Positions 1 to 11,535 of a stretch of DNA of 64,000 nt are shown piece after piece. The stretch is taken from positions 6,014,001 to 6,078,000 of the forward strand of contig NC_092673.1 in the NCBI RefSeq assembly GCF_964355755.1, in the 5' to 3' direction. This stretch comes from Antedon mediterranea. Its lineage: Eukaryota > Animalia > Echinodermata. The notes below the pieces were generated by a model, which worked only from the letters and a program-made list of their open reading frames with translations, ran no database searches and was not told the origin of the DNA. Made by a program: the position numbers and the translations under genes. Each line of letters opens with the position of its first letter. The stretch's first letter is position 1.

Positions 1-21
1 CCTTAATTGTTAAATACTCAC

Positions 22-958
22 CAAGTAAGAAGTTTTCAAATTGTGAAACTATTTCATCAACTCGTACAAAGGTGTCTTCATTTACCAACTGAATATCCTC
101 CTAAAATGAATATTACAATAGAAATAGATTTACCTAGATAAAAAATCTCAAATTAGAAATGTATGTATTGATGTAATTCAGTTTTACAGCTCACTATGTC
201 GGTCGGTTAACACTAACTTGAGCACGCGACTGCAGCCTTGTTCCATAGTGTATCTATATTACGTAATGTACCGTACTGTATAAATGTTATGCATTGTAGG
301 CATAGGGGATTACGGTTAATTTCAAAATTTGTAAAATAAAATAACCTTACAGAAACGAAAACTGGTTTATGCGTTACATCATCCAATACATCGTCTCCAG
401 ATTCATCTTTTAAAGTAATTCCCTTTCCGTGACTGGATATTATCAAGAAAAAACTGGTGTAATTCTTTTCCTCTACCCTTTTTTAGCTTTCTTTATGATT
501 TTCCACAATTCTTCACGTGTTTCTACATCTGATCGAAAATTAAGTTTGTAGTCTAATCCACCAAAAAAGTTGCAAATATTGTTTTTGTCGATATAATATT
601 GATATTAATGAATTTCAGTTAAAAATTACAAATTATTTTATAGGCCAAATTAACTATAGGCCTAGTCTTAAAATAAACTAAAACGATATTTGGTTAAGTG
701 AGCTTTTTTACTGCACCAAACAACACCTATGATCTCTAAACTTAGACCTACCTGCTCTAGGTTCACCAGTGTGGTCAGGCTTCTCGAAAAAGTTTGATAT
801 GTACAGGACATATCCCCTACCACGAGGGAAGCACATGCGCTCCCGTGACATGTCAGGTTGATCTTCCTGAGAAGATAAGCCTGGTAAAGTTTGATGGCCA
901 GACGAGGATGGATTTCTGTCGACGTCGCATGTTGGTTCAGGTTTGATCGCTTCCATAA
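22..958 (-). pseudogene. Caspase (peptidase C14) catalytic-domain gene, partial and apparently damaged; continues past the window start
   Basis: Exon 958-752 (tatcag|..|gtaggt) ends MCFPRGRGYVLYISNFFEKPDHTGEPRAG. Exon ~600-351 reads DKNNICNFFGGLDYKLNFRSDVETREELWKIIKKAKK/RVEEKNYTSFFLIISSHGKG..PVFVS|gtaagg, with a 1-nt frameshift in the T6 run 479-484 and no clear acceptor. Exon 100-22 (ttttag|EDIQLVNEDTFVRVDEIVSQFENFLL|gtgagt) follows in phase. Motif order RG..(I)N.F..R.G..D, SHG, V.EI..F matches the caspase large subunit; the QACxG exon would lie outside the window. Confidence 0.75.
188..242 (+). mobile_element. Short remnant related to the Helentron/HINE family at 21361
   Basis: tcactatgtcggtcgg ... 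gcacgcgact..gccttgtt matches both ends of the reverse complement of the HINE copies. Confidence 0.45.
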
Positions 959-2329
959 CTGATAAAAAAAGACAGTAGTTAAATCATACATCAAACAAAA
1001 ATATAATAATGGTGTAGAATAAACGAGTATTACTTCCTATTTTTAACAAACTGGTTGTATTTTGTAACACATTTGTAGGCCTATTTGTAATCAAATGTTC
1101 TATCGTATTTCTGTATTTTGTAATAACACTTTCAATAACTGTGTTCTGCTTGTCTTTCTCTGGATAAAATAACAACGCATGGTGTTAAAAAGTATTGTTT
1201 GCTGTTTGGTTTATTATGTTACGTATTGTAGGAAGCTCAGGCCTAAGGCAGATTTGTACAATGTATTATGTGTGGTACAGTAAGCTTGGTGTAGTATATA
1301 CGAAGGATGTTCTTTATCAACATGTTCATCGTTATCATAACATTTGGTAAGTTATTGTGGGAGTTTAGTTGTTATATTTCAGTAGGGTATCTATATATAA
1401 ATTATGGTTAATTCTGACATAGGCGAGCACAATGCAAAAACTTCGGTACAAATCTCCGCCTTGGATACCTACCTTATCTATCCGAGATGTACCGCGAAAC
1501 GTAGATTTGATAACATTAGTGTGCACGCCGACGCTATTGTTCCATATTTATATCTTAGGAAGATATTATAAAGAGTTTTTTAACAACATTTATGATTTCA
1601 ACATTAGATTTTCCTCTCAATTTCAATTCTTCCCGGTCAAAGTAATTTCCGGGTTTAAGATAAGTTCACCTTGCAATGACCTGGTTTCAAATATTTTCTC
1701 TCTTTTAAACACAAGGGAGCAGTTAAAATAATAGATTTGACCCTAAAGGTGACTGGAAACAGGCACTTTCCATCAATCAATACAGTGTCCCTTTGGAAGA
1801 CGAAAAAAAAAATCAGATAGTAGGAGTCTTTGTTTATTTTAAAACATACTACGCGTGTGTGAAGGTACAGTAGTTAAATTATACTGCAAATTAATAAAGA
1901 TCAAATTAAATATACGTCATAAAGAATCAGAATATATTGTGGAGAATAGTATTATAAAATTACATAGGGAGATTTGATGATAAGACATTTTTCGAGTGAA
2001 ATCCCGATAGCTGAGTTTTATTGAGTAAGCTTGCAGGAATAACTGTAGGCTATCTTCCTGTGTCCCGTTAGGACCGAGATGTCTGCCCATGTTGCAAGCC
2101 GTAATGTCTTCTTTCTTGGGCCCACTCTGTTACGGCAGTTTCAAAAGATGATTAAATTAAATAATGTATTAATAATTATTAGGATGGTATTCATTTGAAT
2201 AAACGCCTCTCCAATAAAACATCACTTTGAATAATAACCCCCCCCCCCCCAACCCAACTATCCAATAAACGTCCATCCACATATTTATAATAACACAATT
2301 ATACTATTTGTAGTAGAATTCACCGCACT

Positions 2330-3131
2330 TATTCTTATTCTTTATATCAAACCAACAGTGTAAAACACCAATAACAGGTTGAAAATAAAAGCTAAACTAT
2401 AAAATATGAGCCAATATAATATATACAAATGAAAAAGAAAATTTAAATAATTTCATTAATAATACATTTAAATTGAGAAAAATTACAGTTAAAAATATCT
2501 AAAGAATTATTTTTTAAAATACAAGAATTGTACAATGACGAGAGTCTACAGAAAATACCATTTTTACAAACATTGACACGAGAAAATTTAACATGAAGAA
2601 AGGGTTTACTACGAAGATTACGAACAGGAACATTAAAATAAAACAACGAAACAAGATCACAATCAAACTTAGAAGTAAGACATTTATACAGGAAGTGCAA
2701 GTCCTGTCTTGCTCTCCTAGATGTCGGGGAAACAATAGGAGGCAGGTTGGCTGCTGGGCCGACAAAGCGCAAGAACTTGTTATGGGTCCGATCAATTCTG
2801 GAGGCTTGAGAAGCAGAGAGTGAATTGTAAATAATTGAACAGAAATTAAAAGATGGTTGGACGAGGGAAAGATAAAGCGCACGTTTGGTGTATGGAGAAA
2901 AATGTTTGCAATTGCGCCACATCAGCCCAAGCAGCCTATTGGCCTTTCTGACAACATGATCAACGTGTGAAATAAATGTCAGTTTACGGTCGATGAAAAT
3001 GCCGAGGTCCCGGTAAGAGTTTACACTTTCAAGGACTTCTTCTTGAACTGAGTAAGCGAAAATGATAGGTTTTTTCTTAAGAGAGCAAGACAGGACTTTG
3101 CATTTCTCGGACTTCAGGGACATTTTCCAGT
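2330..3131 (-). mobile_element. 5'-truncated non-LTR retrotransposon (CR1/L2/Jockey group), RT C-terminus
   Basis: ORF 3123-2443 has KCKVL..YRDLGIFID.KLTF..HV..KANRLLG..LYLSLV; (GAATAA)2 tail near 2329-2340; candidate TSD cgcact at 2324-2329 and 3132-3137. Confidence 0.85.
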
Positions 3132-3528
3132 CGCACTGTTATCTACAAAATTTACCAAGCATTTGTTATTCTTTTTTACCACTTTTTCTACTGTATTAGA
3201 GGATTTCATTTGATTATAAATGTTACCATATTATTAAAACTAAAAAATTTAACATATATCCCTCGAATAAGCACCTCCCTCAAATGACCTCCGCCTCCCC
3301 AAAGGGCCCTACCAAACATTAAAAACTATACTTTAAAATGTTATTTATCATCTAAAACACTGTGAAACAAAGTAGTTTAGTTTTACGAATGTCAAGCATT
3401 TTCTATAATGGTAACCGACAGAAAATGTATAAGGAGAACATTATCATTCCGAGAACCATCGTCTACACTTCCTAGAGGGGGAACATTACAATATGTTAGT
3501 TTAGGCTTGGAATTCTGAAACGCGCCCT

Positions 3529-3567
3529 TATATACCATGGAGTAAAGAATTTACTCCATGTATATAC
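3529..3567. mobile_element. P-element-like excision footprint
   Basis: tatatac-CATGGAGTAAAGAATTTACTCCATG-tatatac: 7-bp direct repeats flanking a CA..TG palindrome. Confidence 0.6.
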
Positions 3568-3795
3568 TAAATAAAGGTCATTGACCCTGGATATCTGACC
3601 AATGGAATTATTATATAGTTCCGAAAGTTTTGTTTATTTTGTGACTCCTATAAGACACCATGCACGTTTATCTTTTTAGACCCAGGTGTTTGGAAGTCAT
3701 CAAATGCCACATAAAGGCCACTGACATACAGCAACTTGAAGGCTTCACATAGCGATGTGAAGATGTCACATGATTTGTTATTTTTATTGATTTAA

Positions 3796-5873
3796 AGGAA
3801 AGGAACACCCTAATATCTTACCTAACTATTATAAAAGTAACCCTACCAACTTAATATTCAGCACAATTTATGTTTAAATCGGATTTGTAGTTTTCTAGTA
3901 AACAGGATTTTAAAGCTTTTTTCAAGACATTTGAAAATCGCCATCTTGTGCTCATGTTTGTGACGTCAGATACGGCCGACGAAAATTTTAAGATTCGCGG
4001 TTGCATTCAGCGCTTCTATTGGCTAAGCGAATCCGCTAATATGATTGGCTAATAACGCGACATGGGGTCATGATGCAGGACGGCGATGACACGGTATGAG
4101 CATGTGTGCTGGCTTGGTAAACAAACCTCCTTTGATCGATCTTTTCTTCTGCAAGCCAATTCGTAAATCTTTCAGCTATTGTTAATCTAGGCTATTGTTA
4201 CTTTTATTGCCTAGCTGTTTCAAACGGGATTTGGTAGGGGAATTAACTGGTAAACCTTCCAAACGGAGGCTGTTGGTTGACGATGCAGTGTCTACTTTAT
4301 TTTTGTTCAACACGAGTTGTAGGCCTCTAGGCTCTAATAAAGGCCTAGCTAGTAAGGCATACAGTACAGATACACTGGCCAAAAGTACACCATTCTTCGA
4401 CGGCTTGTTATGCTCGAGAATGTTCTTCTTCTCTTCTTTTTTCCTCATCAGCACGACGCAAAACTAACTCTCTTTCTGTATATTCTGGTTCCAAATTTTC
4501 TGAATTATAAAAACTCCAAGCCATATTCCGAAAATATTAGGTATGTTATTGTTAATGTTAGGCTATTTAATTGATTTTACGCCGTGGCTAAAGATACGGT
4601 ACCGTATCCTAACTTCAGTTTGCTAAAGGTACGGTAAAATTGCATTACGTCATAGTCAGCCAATGGGGTGCTGGTACGTGTGTGACGTCATCGTATAAGG
4701 ACTTGGGATTTTTTTTCATATCGCGAAAACGCTTGCGTTGCGTTTACGTCCTTGCGTTACGTTCTAGTGGGAACCAAGCTTAATGAAGTTCCAGTTCCGC
4801 TAACCACAAGTGTCCTCATCATCAAACGGTAAAAAAAAAGAAACTGACTTTTGTTTTCAAGCATTGCCCGTGGTAAATACAAAAAGAGATACTCTCTATA
4901 AATAAAAATAAAAAGTGATGGTGAATTTTTATCGGGCTTAACCACTCTAACTTCTATCTTACAGGCTTGTGGATGAGACGACTATTCAACAGTCTCCCGA
5001 TTAATTATAGATAATAAACATATATCAACATATTTAAATGCAAAAAAAAAAATGATCTCTAAGTTGTATTCACGCGTATAACATTTTTAAAAACAAGTGT
5101 AAAATCTATGATACGGACACTTTTTATATAGGCTCTAAAATTAGCCTAAATTAGCCTAAATAGGCCTATCGCAATCCTTTACTTCTTACAATTTACTTAC
5201 TGTAGTTTATTTCTATACTTTTCTATACAATTGGCTATGGTTTTAAATTGTAGGCGACGTGTGACATAAAGTTATCGGAACCGTAGTAATATTATAATTA
5301 ATATTGCATTCCATTCAATGCTACAGTATGTGCGATGTCCTTCTTGTGCGTCCGTCGCCTTGCAAATAGCGCGATGTGTTTGTTCGTAAAACCATATCAC
5401 ATATTAACTCAATTGGCGAAAACGCGTAAGCTTGTTCATAGATAAAGTCATGTTTTTTGATAACATTGATTAAAATCGAAATCTTTTTTTTGAATCTGTA
5501 AATTCAAGGTGTTATCACGATTTTGTATGATTTTGGTCGGATTTTGTGCACACTACCATTTTGTAGGGTCTTCACTTTCAAGGTCTTCGGTCTTCGATCT
5601 TTGCTTTCGAGGTCTTCGCTTTCGACACACCCGTTCTAAGACGATGGGCGCTTGGTGGATTTGCTTGAATGCGTCCACCTAATCTGACGTCACATAATTG
5701 CTCTTAACCTGTCAAAATGGCGCTGTTCAATTTCCAATATGTTGTCGTTTAAAAGTCTATTTTTTAACTAAATTGCTTACTATTGTACCTTGAACCACTG
5801 TAAGTGTAATCATGTTTTTATTACATTTATCTATAAGCACAGTGGCACATTTAGCCCAGGGTGTTCCTTTCCT
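3796..5873. mobile_element. Kolobok-like non-autonomous DNA transposon with a decayed KolX-like ORF
   Basis: 16-bp TIR AGGAAAGGAACACCCT; TTAA on both sides (3792-3795, 5874-5877); RR..YY termini. The - strand from 4524 reads MAWSFYNSENLEPEYTERELVLRRADEEKRREEEHSRA*QAVEEWCTFGQCIC. Confidence 0.65.
4584..4728 (+). repeat. 145-bp dispersed repeat, second copy at 43948-44092
   Basis: Near-identical gtggctaaagatacggtaccgtatcc...catatcgcgaaa in both places. Confidence 0.85.
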
Positions 5874-6500
5874 TTAATTCAATTCTTTTTTTAGTATTTA
5901 TATTTCAGTATTTTGAACAACTCGTTATGATTGAGGCAAGCGGATGTGAGGCACGCCTAATATTTGTGCGAGGCATTTTTTATCAATTCCAAAAGTGCAA
6001 GGGATGCGAGGAATATAGATTACATTTTCAAAGAGTGCGAGGCATCTTAACGTGATATTATATAAATCAACTATATAGATATTATTAATATTGGTCCTCC
6101 ACCCATGACTATTAATTCTTGGTTTTAACAGTTGCTATAGCGACAATCAGTACTTGTTGGCATGATGAGGACATTGTCAATTTACACTGCATACTTCGAT
6201 GCCCACAATAGAGTGGATCAATACATATCATTATATCATTTTTATTAGACTATCAAGTGTTCACGATTGATTTTACATTATTACACATCAACACAAAATA
6301 TTTATGTTTTCAAGCTTCATGGTTAAGAAATTCTTGTAATTGCCGCTATATCTAGTTGTTTCGCTTTAAAAAAATTTAACATATTGTGCCCTCGACAATT
6401 TTTCTAAGAGAGAACACACCTAATTTTACTACCACCATAAATTATATAGGCCTAGAACTACGGTGGGTGATTTCCGCCAAAGAAAACAATTAATTTATAA

Positions 6501-7150
6501 TAATACGGCGTTATAACGCCGTATTAGGTCGTTATAACGCCGTAATTAGGGCGCCCTAATTATACAATCTGTTCACACGTACATGTGATGCGCAGTACAT
6601 CAATAAACCTCTCGGCGCATTCACAGGTTTTAGAAAGTCACGTGGTACATTACTGGCCATCTTTGTGTCCAACTATGCCTATGAAGTGTATGAAGTTGAG
6701 TCATTTACTTAAAAAAATGTATAACATTCACAAGGTTTTAAATATCTAATTTAATATCAAAACAATCAATTTGTTTAAAGGATTTTGTTAAGATAACGCA
6801 ATCATAAAGTTACTGCGAAGATGATTTTAGACAACAAAATGTGAAAACAATGCATTACTATGAGAATCGCTGTACAAAATAAACGCGCACGCGTAAAGCG
6901 TGCATGGAGCGCACAGCCAGAGCTGCGGCGTTAAATTAAATGGATTAAAGCTATTTTGTTTGTTTAAAATCATCAAAATAATATTATTATTTTAACAGAA
7001 ATCTTTAAACAAATTGATTAATCCATTCAAAGTTGCAACTTTTAACTCTCTGGGTTTGTTGATGTACTACGCATGCACATGTACGTGTGAACGGATTGTA
7101 TAATTAGGGCGTTATAACGCCCTAATACGGCGTTATAACGCCCTAATACG
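6501..7150. mobile_element. Long imperfect palindromic MITE / foldback element
   Basis: GGCGTTATAACGCC repeats at both ends; arms pair throughout (taattatacaatctgttcacacgtacatgtg / cacatgtacgtgtgaacggattgtataatta; aatcaatttgtttaaag / ctttaaacaaattgatt). Confidence 0.7.
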
Positions 7151-7557
7151 CTACGACCACTATGTCATTGTCAGGAGGGGAATGACTGCCGTCGCTTTTT
7201 GTGTCTCGAAATAACTGTCACATGTGCGAGATGGGACAGAGTTTGTGACAACCCTTGTTTATCGGATTGAGAACATTTTAAACATTGAATAATACTTTAT
7301 TAGATAAAACATGATAATAAATTAGTCAGTTTGTGAGCCAATTAAAATGTATTTTACTATATTGTGAACATTGCAGGAATCAATGATAGCAATGTTAATA
7401 TTTAATGAATTTATCATCAGTATGCTTTTGTGAGTATTTTTATAATTACAGGACTTTGAACCACGTCACAGGTAGCAGAATATTTATCTCTACATTGAAA
7501 TCTGCAATTTAACTGATAAGTGTGTTTATTACTAGGTAAATTTGGTGAAGGCATAGA

Positions 7558-8834
7558 AAATTTGGTTTTTCTACGAGTTTGTATTTTCAGGCCATCTTGT
7601 ATGTTCTACCAGGGAAGAATGAAATTCCTGGTTCTACGAAATCCTGTTTCGGAATTTTCAAGGTATGTAAATTAGTAACCTTTTGTGCCATACACATACA
7701 CACACTCGATGATCCAGTAAAATCAGTTGCAGTCATATAAATATAATAATGGTGTTGTTAGGTGTATTAATTTAATCAAATATAAGGGGCTGAAATAGGG
7801 TGTGATATTGTGCTCCTCCCTTCTAAATTGTAAATTACTGTATATAGTAGGGATGTTGGTATTTATTTCTTGATCCTCAGGTCAGTAACTTCTCAACTTT
7901 AGAGTAATTCAATTCGCATAACAATGATATATTTAAATATATATTAAATCATAGGCAAACTTACTAAATGTTGGTCATCTTGTATAACCTCTGAACCCGA
8001 GCTGACTGTTCGTCGCGCTGACGACAAAAACATATTTAAAATTAAAAAATTTACAAAAATGAATTAATGTACAATTATGTAATTATTTTAGACGTTTATA
8101 GGTTGATAATTGTGAATATTTCATGGTACAAACGTTATCATTAAATTGTGTTAATGATGTACTCTCAGATTTTAACAAAATATTATATTTATTATTGTAT
8201 AATTCAATTCTACTGTATATAGTTTTATAGAAAATGGAATTTCCAGATTTACTTAAATCTGTAAGTGATAGATATGAAGGTGTGAAGCGTTTGTGGCTAA
8301 GACTTCTGCTCAATGACCACTGCCCTGGAGAGGTTTTAAGTAAAGAAGATGTCCCAGCACTTGAATGGTTTAATGAACTTGAAAGGACAGGTTGTATTAT
8401 TTATAACCCTACTGATGTGGACATTCTGTTAGACATCGCTAAAGTAACTGAGGAGAAGAAAGCGATAGATTTAATAGAACAGTTTAAGGTGAAGCATCCA
8501 AACAACAATGAAAAGTACATCTTCACCAAGGGAAAACCAATAACAGAATATCGCAAAAGACTTTTTAAAGCTTTAAGAGAAAACACAACAAATTTACCAA
8601 AAATGCTTGCTTACTATAGCCTAGCTCATCTCAAGTTTAACAGTATTTGGGATTTTGTATTCAATCTTGAGAGAAATTTACGTCTGGTGGATGAAGAGAA
8701 GTCAATAGGACGTTTTGCAACGGTTCTCGACAAAAATGCCAGTAACATTTTGTTGGGGATAGAGAGGTCAAAAAGAAGACCTAGTCCTGATGGAGCCTCT
8801 GGCGAAAGAAAAAACCTCACGATTGTAAGTGATG
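7558..8834 (+). repeat. Inverted segmental duplication, partner 62720-64000 (runs off the window end)
   Basis: The reverse complement of the last bases of the window matches from 7558 on; similarity continues through the upstream non-coding DNA and the whole DED exon up to ..AGTGATG. Confidence 0.95.
8234..8824 (+). CDS. Tandem DED-like exon (caspase-8/cFLIP prodomain-like); candidate first coding exon of a DED-ARB2 fusion
   Basis: Acceptor ttatag|aaaATG. Two helical units, MEFPDLLKSVSD..LRLLLND..LEWFNELE..G.I...V.ILL.I..DLIEQF and ITEYRKRLFKAL..IWDFVFNLE..L.DE, fit a divergent DED pattern. Donor ATT|GTAAGT at 8824 is phase 0; the unspliced ORF stops at 8869. Confidence 0.65.
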
Positions 8835-8929
8835 TCCTTAATTTATTGGAAACAGAGTACAACTTGTAAAGAATTACTATACCAGTATGTACTTCTGCAA
8901 AATATGTTTTGGCTTTCTTAAATGTAATA
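8832..8929 (+). pseudogene. Duplicated fragment of a FAM172A-like exon end plus intron start (copy of 10742-10839)
   Basis: Ungapped 98-nt match with 8 mismatches by eye; in frame with the DED ORF; GAA>TAA nonsense change at 8867; GTATGT donor retained at 8885. Confidence 0.9.
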
Positions 8930-9246
8930 CTTGTTTACTTGTAATCCCTCATAGTCATATGAATAGAGGGAAATTGAGGCGAAGCATATTGCTTATAAGC
9001 CCCTCGCGGTTATCATGACATGTTGTACAAACGGTGTGAACTTTAATGGATGGTTCACCCACGCCTCATTTAGCATATTTTTAAACAAATTTAAAGAACT
9101 AGCTGAAACAACATAATCTGAAAGACCATTTCACAAAGTACAACTCTAAACGAAAAAGAATTTTAAGAAGTTTAACTTTGCTCAATGAACCTTTAATTTA
9201 TACCTATGTCCACGAGTCCTTAAATTGACATATAATTAAACAAAAA

Positions 9247-9620
9247 TCACTTCCACAAACAGCTTGTAACATTATTCAAATCTGAACCTGAATCACTTCT
9301 ATAAACACACCCAATTAAACCATTCTTTGGCCTTAATTTTGACCCAAACAGACAGAAAAAACAATCGTGAAAATAAATCTCCTCCACAGCTAACCATTCT
9401 CGAATGTATATATAAACTCCTCTGCCAGAACTTAATTTCCGATCAGAAATAAACAATTGAAAACCAGGTATAAAAAATGAATTGTCAACTCAAATAAATC
9501 ATTTTTCGGAAAATTTCAGTCAAAGCAAAAACATCAATCTGCTCATCATCCAAACGCGAAAATAATTCACTCTTTTACTCACTCCTCGAAATGCTGTTGC
9601 CCGTACTATACAATTCCAGG
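9247..9620 (-). mobile_element. Decayed CR1-type LINE APE endonuclease fragment
   Basis: FALTE..IPGFQLFISDR..GRGVYIYIRE..IGCVYRS motifs with frameshifts. Confidence 0.7.
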
Positions 9621-10230
9621 GCGTTATTAATTTAAAGACTTTTTTAGACAAAAGATAAAATGATGAATCAAATCAAGAACATGAAAAATAAAGATTAATA
9701 AAATCATATTTTGAATAGAAAATCATCACTTCCGCAGGAAAACAATCGGTTAAATTCAACCAAAAACCAATTGACTGCTAGCCAATTTAACTATTTTTTG
9801 CTTTAAGTTTTCAGGTAAATATTTTTTTTTCTATATCACATTTGGTCAAAGTGACCCATGCTTTTTATAGGCTAAAATGTAACCAACGTGTTTCACGCTG
9901 TTTTGTTAAACGTTTGGCGGACATATTTAAAAGTTCCACATCTTTAGCTGATTCTGCAGCAACCCCACTTGTTTAATAGACCCATAATAATAGGCCTACA
10001 GGCATAAATTTGTTGATTGCTAAACATAAATAAATACGTAGGCTACGTCTTTGTTCAAAGAACTTCCAACCAAGATGATTATATCATGGAGAATACAATT
10101 GACATTAGTTGGATTTGGGGGATTATCACATTGAGTTTCAAATCGGTTAAAAAGGGTTTAGATTGTTAGGTGGGTTTAGCATCATTTTTGGTGAAAGTGA
10201 AAAAAATATTTAAAAACTTTTTTTTTTCAG

Positions 10231-10285
10231 GAGAAACATACATTTCCAGATACACTTGAAGGATTCAATTATAAATTTAATGAAG
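10231..10285 (+). CDS. FAM172A: FAM172A/ARB2A-like exon A (EKHTFPDTLEGFNYKFNE)
   Basis: tttttcag| ... G|gtttgt; matches FAM172A FPDTLEGF.Y.FNE; starts in phase 0. Confidence 0.9.
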
Positions 10286-10624
10286 GTTTGTATTTTATTG
10301 TTACTGAGTCATTTTAACAAATTGGAGTGTGTCCTAGATACTAGATAGTGTTGTTTATACCTACAAGGAACACAAACATACTATACAAAATTGCTACAAT
10401 AACAAAAATCAATAATAATTGCATTATAGTTCATATACAATAAAGTTCCGTATTAGTTATGTATTTGAAAGGAGATGAAGGTGGAAAAGAGACATGATGT
10501 TAGATTGCCTTGCTGCTACACAGTTTTCAACTTTGGTACTCCTTCATAAAGTTTTGTTTGGCCCGGGACTGAGTGAAATTGATGCACTACACGAAATAAT
10601 GTTCATTGTATTTTCTAATTATAG

Positions 10625-10794
10625 ATGGTCAGCTTCGAGAGATAACTGATATTAATGAACCATTCAAGTTTGAAATTAAACCTAATGACCATTACTACAA
10701 TCAAAAACGATACGAAGCACTTGGAGAAATTCTAAATCATTATGTCTATAATTTATTGGAAACAGAGTGCAGCTTGGAAAGAATTACTATACCA
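10625..10794 (+). CDS. FAM172A: FAM172A/ARB2A-like exon B
   Basis: GQLREI..EPFKF..NQKRYEALGEILNHYVYNLLETEC.LERITIP|gtatgt. Confidence 0.92.
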
Positions 10795-11183
10795 GTATGT
10801 ACTTATGCAGTATATGTTTTGGCTTTCTTAAATGTAATAGTAGGAGTGTAACCTTTGACTTGCAGCTTACTGGGCTAATCTCCACTTACAGCTCCTGTAC
10901 ACAACTTTCACAAAATGTCACTCATTCATTCATCTGACTAAAACAATGGACCGAAACGAACCATAACAGTTAGGTGGTAACTGCTCTTCTGTATCTTTTA
11001 TACTTTATTTTCCCTTCAGTGAATTTGTCACTTGTGAATATCCCATAAAAAATGTGTATTTGAGACATACATGCTACGGTTGATCATTACAGATTCGACA
11101 ATTCTCGCACAATTAAGTTGAAGAGAGGTGGAAACGATGTCTGTTTTTGTTCTAAATTTTTCTTTCGTTTCAACTAGTTTTTA

Positions 11184-11515
11184 GCGAATGGCCGAGCGGT
11201 AAAGGCTACCGTACATAAAGAGTCAACAACATCAGCAAGGGTTTGAGGCCGACTCGCTCCTAGTTCTGGTGGTAGAACAGGTCTTCTCGGATAAGGACTA
11301 TAAACCGTAGGTCCAGTGTGCACAGTTAGAATTTGTGTGCATTTAAAAGAACCTAGTTCATTATTCGAAAAGAGTAGGGGTTACCCCGGTGAACTGGTTC
11401 ACAAAAATAGCCCCTGTATCAGAGGGATTACCACCTATCTGATAGGACAGTGATTAATTTACTATTGGTAATCCTTGGTCACATTGCCTAAAGACATAAA
11501 ATAAAATACAAAATA
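11184..11515 (+). mobile_element. tRNA-derived SINE with a Nin-type central domain
   Basis: A-box TGGCCGAGCGG, degenerate B-box, then ctcggataaggactataaaccgtaggtcc..aaagaacc..ttcgaaaagagtaggggttaccccggtg; A-rich tail. Confidence 0.75.
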
Positions 11516-11535
11516 ACCCTCATTTTTTAACTTAG

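Noticed and set aside
3796-5873. piggyBac assignment from the TTAA flanks
   Set aside because: Termini are AGG..CCT (RR..YY), not the CCY..RGG of piggyBac
11184-11260. tRNA gene
   Set aside because: Degenerate B-box, no complete cloverleaf, and it continues into a SINE core and tail
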